Shown here in pieces: positions 59,592-64,000 of a stretch of DNA of 64,000 bases. Origin of the DNA: a virus (lineage: Duplodnaviria; Caudoviricetes). The stretch covers positions 96,001 through 160,000 of IMG/VR virus record IMGVR_UViG_3300031867_004305, one strand, 5' to 3'. Within the stretch, counting starts at the first letter, position 1, and every line of letters starts with the position of its first letter. Below the pieces are notes generated by a model. It made no database searches. It saw only the letters and a program-made list of their open reading frames with translations, and was not told the origin of the DNA. The translations under genes were made by a program, and so were the position numbers.

Positions 59592-60008
59592 ATGGGATTT
59601 TTCACTAAAAAGAAACCAGTTACAGAACCGCTTAACCCCATTGAGAAAAAGTGCGAACATAAGTTTCAAGATTTTCCTTGGTTTTTAACTTGGGATTTAC
59701 AATATAATAAATATATTATAAAAGTAATTGAACCTTATGTTTGTATCTTTTGCGGCGAAAGGAAAAATAAAATCCTCGCTTCTTATACTGGTACTAATTA
59801 TAAGGAAGGCGAAAAACTTTTAAATGAACTCCATAATCGCTTTGATAATCATATTAAATATCAAGAAGAAGTAGAAGATATGATAAATGATATGATTTTA
59901 GTAGATCCAGAATACTTAAAATGGTATCATTTACTACGCGAACAACAAGATCCATCTACTTCTCGGCCGCAAACCGAATTTAATAAGAAACCAGAATTAA
60001 AATTATGA
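59592..60008 (+). CDS. Hypothetical protein
   Basis: RBS; C.H...C..CG. Confidence 0.55.
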   Translation: MGFFTKKKPVTEPLNPIEKKCEHKFQDFPWFLTWDLQYNKYIIKVIEPYVCIFCGERKNKILASYTGTNYKEGEKLLNELHNRFDNHIKYQEEVEDMINDMILVDPEYLKWYHLLREQQDPSTSRPQTEFNKKPELKL

Positions 60009-60012
60009 TAAA

Positions 60013-60128
60013 TAGGCACATGCAGCAACTTACATAGATAATCTATGAGTCATCGGTTCGATTCCGATTATGCAATCCAAAGCTTTGCGTATCGCCCAGA
60101 TGGTAGGGCAATAGAAACAAGGTGCCTA
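60013..60128 (+). ncRNA. CAGCAA stem RNA copy G with circularly permuted tRNA domain (Y-RNA-like)
   Basis: TAGGCAC/GTGCCTA enclosing T-arm 60052-68, TATGCAA-TCCA..-TTGCGTA, and D-arm 60092-109. Confidence 0.75.
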
Positions 60129-60142
60129 GATGAAAGGTTTTT

Positions 60143-60580
60143 ATGAAGATTTATATTTCTTATTTTGCTCAAATTCGCAATTTTCCGCCTAACCTTGTTG
60201 GGCTTTCTACTGCCGTTTGGAACCCAAAATGGCTTCAGAAGGGAAGAAGTCAAAATGGAATTATTTGGTTAGATATTCCGCCTCTAAAACCCGGTAAGAG
60301 GTGTAATGGGCTATGTAATGGCAAATGTTCTCCTAAGCATCCAAATGATTGTAGTTTCTTACGTGAATATAAAAATCAACTAGATAAAATAGATTTCAAT
60401 ATGATAATGGAGCATCTTCAAGTATTAAGTGAGGCTATAAAAGTTGAAGAACAATTTGATGATGTAGATTTTGCGTTATTAGTCTATGAAAAATATGATA
60501 ATATTTGTTCTGAACGATGGCCTCTTATTCAATGGTTTAAAGAGCATAGTGTTATATTAGAAGAATGGGAACTAACATAA
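60143..60580 (+). CDS. DUF488-like protein
   Basis: IY.SYF, ALLVYEK....CSER motifs. Confidence 0.5.
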   Translation: MKIYISYFAQIRNFPPNLVGLSTAVWNPKWLQKGRSQNGIIWLDIPPLKPGKRCNGLCNGKCSPKHPNDCSFLREYKNQLDKIDFNMIMEHLQVLSEAIKVEEQFDDVDFALLVYEKYDNICSERWPLIQWFKEHSVILEEWELT

Positions 60581-60639
60581 TAGTAGTGTATTCGGCTCTG
60601 ACCCGAAGTGTGATAGTTCAATTCTATCGTTCCCAGCCA
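60566..60639 (+). tRNA. tRNA-Gln(CUG)
   Basis: TTCGG-CTCTGAC-CCGAA; CCA; overlaps the upstream CDS end. Confidence 0.8.
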
Positions 60640-60642
60640 TAT

Positions 60643-60717
60643 GGGTGTGTAACCAAGAGGTAAGGTAACGGACTTTTAATCCGTGATTCGTGGGTTCGAT
60701 CCCCGCCACACCCACCA
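60643..60717 (+). tRNA. tRNA-Lys(UUU)
   Basis: ACGGA-CTTTTAA-TCCGT; CCA. Confidence 0.9.
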
Positions 60718-60727
60718 ATTATAATAC

Positions 60728-60817
60728 GCGGTATTAGCGTAGAGGCCGAACGCGGGAGTTTGCTAAACTCTGTCGATCTTCAGTGATCCGAAGGTTCGAA
60801 TCCTTCATACCGCGCCA
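60728..60817 (+). tRNA. tRNA-Ser(GCU)
   Basis: GGAGT-TTGCTAA-ACTCT; long variable arm; CCA. Confidence 0.85.
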
Positions 60818-60818
60818 A

Positions 60819-60977
60819 ATGTGGACAGTAGGCTTGGAAGCAGCCATCTGATAATGAGTCTTTAATTTCTCCATCTGTGCGAAATGTATTATAGGCTACA
60901 TTTGTTATAATGTCCTATGAGTATGATGTGCGGATGGGCAATAGAAATATGAAGTTTGGCGTAATAGCACACCACAT
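60819..60977 (+). ncRNA. 23S rRNA H43/H44 (L11-binding, GTPase-associated centre) mimic
   Basis: GTAGGCTTGGAAGCAGCCATC...TAATGAG and GCGTAATAGCACAC, closed by ATGTGG/CCACAT. Confidence 0.7.
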
Positions 60978-61105
60978 AGCTCATCTGCCATGTGTAGAAG
61001 GAGCGGAGAAATCGTTCTGCGATTTCGTTAATAGACTTGCCCACGCCTCTGATTCAAGCGTACCTTGGGGAGCACGCGGCCACAGCGGTTAAAGTGGCAC
61101 TATGC

Positions 61106-61180
61106 GCGGGTGTAGTTCAACGGCTCGAATACCTGGCTTCCACCCAGGAGATGAGGTTTCGACTACCTCTACTCGCACCA
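61106..61180 (+). tRNA. tRNA-Gly(UCC)
   Basis: CCTGG-CTTCCAC-CCAGG; ACCA. Confidence 0.85.
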
Positions 61181-61184
61181 ATAT

Positions 61185-61260
61185 AGGCGTGTAGCCAAGT
61201 GGTTAAGGCACATGGCTTTGACCCATGCATTCGCTGGTTCAAATCCAGCCACGCCTGCCA
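61185..61260 (+). tRNA. tRNA-Gln(UUG)
   Basis: CATGG-CTTTGAC-CCATG; CCA. Confidence 0.9.
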
Positions 61261-61264
61261 ATTT

Positions 61265-61327
61265 TAGACGCCATTGTGCCACAACAACAGCAATTATTTT
61301 GTAGCTCCATTTTTTATAAGGCGTCTA
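61265..61327 (+). ncRNA. CAGCAA stem RNA copy H
   Basis: TAGACGCC ... CAGCAA ... GGCGTCTA-G, with a longer spacer before CAGCAA. Confidence 0.55.
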
Positions 61328-61351
61328 GCAAAGTTCAAGGAGGTATTCGGG

Positions 61352-61660
61352 GTGAACAAAGAAATTTTAGATTTTATGAAGCGTCGTTTTCCAATAGATA
61401 AGGATTGCGATTGGATGGAAGGAAATTGTTACTATTTCGCACGCATTCTCAAAATGCGTTTTAAGGGAGAAATTTGGTATGACCTTGTAGATGGACATTT
61501 TCTTTTCCGTAATTTTGATGATTTTTATGATTGGAGTGGTTTACGAAATGAATATGATTTAAGTAAGCCTGAAACTGTAGAAAATCTAGTAAAGTGGTCA
61601 GATTATAAGCAAATTGATCCTATACATTATAATAGAATTGTACGTGACGTAATTGAATAA
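61352..61660 (+). CDS. Hypothetical protein
   Basis: AGGAGG before GTG; GNCYYFA.IL...F...HF...YD motif. Confidence 0.6.
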   Translation: MNKEILDFMKRRFPIDKDCDWMEGNCYYFARILKMRFKGEIWYDLVDGHFLFRNFDDFYDWSGLRNEYDLSKPETVENLVKWSDYKQIDPIHYNRIVRDVIE

Positions 61661-61672
61661 AGGAGAAAAAAT

Positions 61673-61912
61673 ATGAGTAAATTTTTAAAGAATATCAATG
61701 ATCTAGAAGCATTTAAAGCAGCCGTAAGAAAGTGTACTGGTGATGTTTATCTACTAAAGGATGATAAGTCAGAACAGTTTAATTTAAAGAGTACCTTGTC
61801 AGAGTATCTTGGTTTAGCGAGACTAGCAGATGCTCATGGCGATGAATATGAGATCTTTTGCCAGTTCCCTGCCGATGAAAGTAATCTGTTGAAGTATTTC
61901 TTTGAAAGATAA
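61673..61912 (+). CDS. Small HPr-like protein
   Basis: F..AV.KC.GDVYL...NLKS.LS pattern. Confidence 0.45.
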   Translation: MSKFLKNINDLEAFKAAVRKCTGDVYLLKDDKSEQFNLKSTLSEYLGLARLADAHGDEYEIFCQFPADESNLLKYFFER

Positions 61913-61956
61913 TAGAATAGTTTTGGTATTGTAAGAATACCTAATAGATAGAGGAA

Positions 61957-61982
61957 CGCCCGCATTTGCGGGCGAATTTTTT
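61957..61982 (+). terminator. Intrinsic terminator
   Basis: CGCCCGCA-TT-TGCGGGCG followed by AA and a T run. Confidence 0.7.
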
Positions 61983-61999
61983 GTATATGGGGTGAGAAA

Positions 62000-64000
62000 A
62001 TGAGCAAAACTTCTAGAACACCACCAGATTATAGTATATATTTTAAAGATAATTATCCATTTAATGTTGGTCAAAGATATATTTATTTTTCTTCTTTAGC
62101 TAAAACACGTTCTAAAATAGGACAATATACATATAAACAGGCTTCTGAGCTTATAAATAAAGGAATGGGACAAATTACATATAATCCTAAAAAAGAAAAT
62201 AAAATGTGGCAAGCTTTACAACGATTACAACAAGCAGCAAATATCGAAAGAGAAAAAGAAATAAGAGTAATAGAAGAATTTTTAAATAGATTTCCAGAAA
62301 AGGTACCAGAATCTTTACGCACAATAAAAAAAGATGATTATCTATCAATAATACAGCAAATTAATTTTTTAATAAAAGGTATTAAACCATTTCAAGAACA
62401 ACTAAAATTAGAACAAAAAAGAGAAAATGAACAAAGAATTTTAGAAAATGATCAATTACAAAATAAAGAACAAAAATATCCAAAATTAAAATCATTATTT
62501 AAAGGAGAGCTAAGCGGGAAAAAATCACTTAATAATAAAACAACAGATCAAATGCTTAATGGTATTTTTGATGAAGATACTAATATAAGTATGTATCAAA
62601 AAATTATTATTGAAAAATATGGAGCTAAATTATTTGAATTTAAGCAAACTTTAATATTAAACGAAGGTCAAATGAATGCTCTATTGCGAATTTTAGGGGT
62701 AAAAGCTAATGAATTGTTTATGCGAAAAGTCTCTGATTATTTTACTTATGGTATTAATAAAAATAAAGAAGAATTTTTAAAACAAATAGAAAATGCAATA
62801 ACTACCGATACTGAATTAGATGATTTTTTTAATAATTTAATGAATTCGCCCAATTTAAATGAATCTTTATTATCAATTGCTAAACAATATGGTTTAGATA
62901 ATACATCAGGACAAATAGAAAACATTGAAAAAAAAATACAAATATTTAAAAATCGTTTATTTGAATCATATAAAAAAGAACATAAAAACGCTTCAATAAA
63001 AGATTTTGATGAATGGAGAAAAATAATCGGAGCAGATGATGACACTATTTCAAAAATGTATACTAGTGTTAATAACGTATCAGCACAAGGGTATTATCAA
63101 TCAGAAAATATAGCAATAGCAGAATTAATTACCGCTGGCATTTCAGCAACATTAGGAGGAAATACTAATCCAACAGATGATTTTCTAGCTGGAAAATTAT
63201 TTTTTGAATTTACGACTAATTCAGATTTTAATAATAAATTAATTCAAGCTGAAAAAGAAATTAATCAAAAAAGAATAGAAACTTATAATAAAATATTAAC
63301 CACCACTAATAAAGAAAGTTATAAAACCAATATAAAAGCTCTAAAAGATTTAAGGACAGAGCAAGAGCAATATATTAAAACTTTACAAGAAGAAGCGAAA
63401 CAGGTAGAAAAAAATTTAGAACTTTTTTTAAGCCAAGTAAATATACATGGTACAATTAAAGGATATGAGTCTTCAGGTAAAAGATATAGAGAAGAAATAG
63501 GTTTCCAAGGCGCCAGCTTTGGATCAAATATTTTTGAACAACTATCAATAATACAAGAAACTATGGGAGATATTATATCAATACAAGATATACAATGGTT
63601 ACAATTTGCTATGATTAACGCGGCAACACAAGCTATTGGGGCAAATAATAAAACAAGTTTAGAAGACTATTTTTCTTCAATGATAGGATATTTAATGTTC
63701 AACGATGGACAAATGCTAGTAGAGGATGCGGCGAATCAGCGAGGCTATATCGCAAATGGAAGTAATGATATCCATTTATATATGATTAATTCAATTTATT
63801 TACCTAATTCATACATATTACAAAAAACTTATGAAGCCTTAACACAAATTGCGGGTGATATCGAATCTAAAAATAACGGCATAAAAGCACGACTATATGT
63901 TTATACAGGAGAGCCAATTAATTATACTCGTAATTTAACTTTAGAAGAATGGGACGCTTCTTATGATGTCGCCTATAATGCCACATATTTAGATATGCAT
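62000..64000 (+). CDS. Large hypothetical protein, truncated by the window end
   Basis: GGGGTGAG RBS and ATG at 62000. Open in the portion read manually; absent from the track, consistent with no stop in the window. Confidence 0.6.
   Translation, partial: MSKTSRTPPDYSIYFKDNYPFNVGQRYIYFSSLAKTRSKIGQYTYKQASELINKGMGQITYNPKKENKMWQALQRLQQAANIEREKEIRVIEEFLNRFPEKVPESLRTIKKDDYLSIIQQINFLIKGIKPFQEQLKLEQKRENEQRILENDQLQNKEQKYPKLKSLFKGELSGKKSLNNKTTDQMLNGIFDEDTNISMYQKIIIEKYGAKLFEFKQTLILNEGQMNALLRILGVKANELFMRKVSDYFTYGINKNKEEFLKQIENAITTDTELDDFFNNLMNSPNLNESLLSIAKQYGLDNTSGQIENIEKKIQIFKNRLFESYKKEHKNASIKDFDEWRKIIGADDDTISKMYTSVNNVSAQGYYQSENIAIAELITAGISATLGGNTNPTDDFLAGKLFFEFTTNSDFNNKLIQAEKEINQKRIETYNKILTTTNKESYKTNIKALKDLRTEQEQYIKTLQEEAKQVEKNLELFLSQVNIHGTIKGYESSGKRYREEIGFQGASFGSNIFEQLSIIQETMGDIISIQDIQWLQFAMINAATQAIGANNKTSLEDYFSSMIGYLMFNDGQMLVEDAANQRGYIANGSNDIHLYMINSIYLPNSYILQKTYEALTQIAGDIESKNNGIKARLYVYTGEPINYTRNLTLEEWDASYDVAYNATYLDMH

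Noticed and set aside
60819-60977. rRNA gene or host contamination
   Set aside because: Only H43/H44 motifs are present, split by a non-rRNA stem and embedded among phage tRNAs.
1-64000. DGR reverse transcriptase or template repeat, tmRNA, integrase, CRISPR-Cas
   Set aside because: No RT motifs, AAC-rich template copy, tmRNA ends, recombinase or cas genes were seen in this window.

Overview
This 64 kb window is part of a large AT-rich tailed dsDNA phage, most likely infecting a Firmicutes/Clostridia host. The evidence is SigA-type TTGACT-N17-TATAAT promoters, strong AGGAGG ribosome-binding sites, a sortase-type substrate and a ROOL-like RNA. Essentially all real genes are on the + strand and use the standard genetic code. 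Positions 1-37.9 kb hold virion, tail-fibre and adhesin genes, an endolysin and an NlpC/P60 hydrolase. They also hold GC-rich C-type-lectin-like domains with DGR-style variable ends, although no reverse transcriptase or template repeat is in the window, and a small early-gene island at 9.1-11.9 kb. Positions 38-62 kb form an RNA-rich region with 21 tRNA genes, five homing-type endonucleases and an RNA-repair-like gene set (metallophosphoesterase, Ro/TROVE-like DUF2828-vWA protein, cyclic-phosphate receiver domain, Rnl2-type RNA ligase). The strongest candidates for undescribed biology are as follows. (1) Two tRNA genes, Ile-UAU and Leu-UAA, have their anticodons split by related tRNA-mimicking inserts ending in ACCA (a tRNA inside a tRNA). 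(2) Eight dispersed CAGCAA stem RNAs occur, two of which contain circularly permuted tRNA domains like bacterial Y RNAs. (3) A free-standing mimic of the 23S rRNA L11-binding centre is present. Two theta (minimal HDV-like) ribozymes and a ROOL-like RNA are also present. All calls were made by eye without searches, so novelty is unverified.
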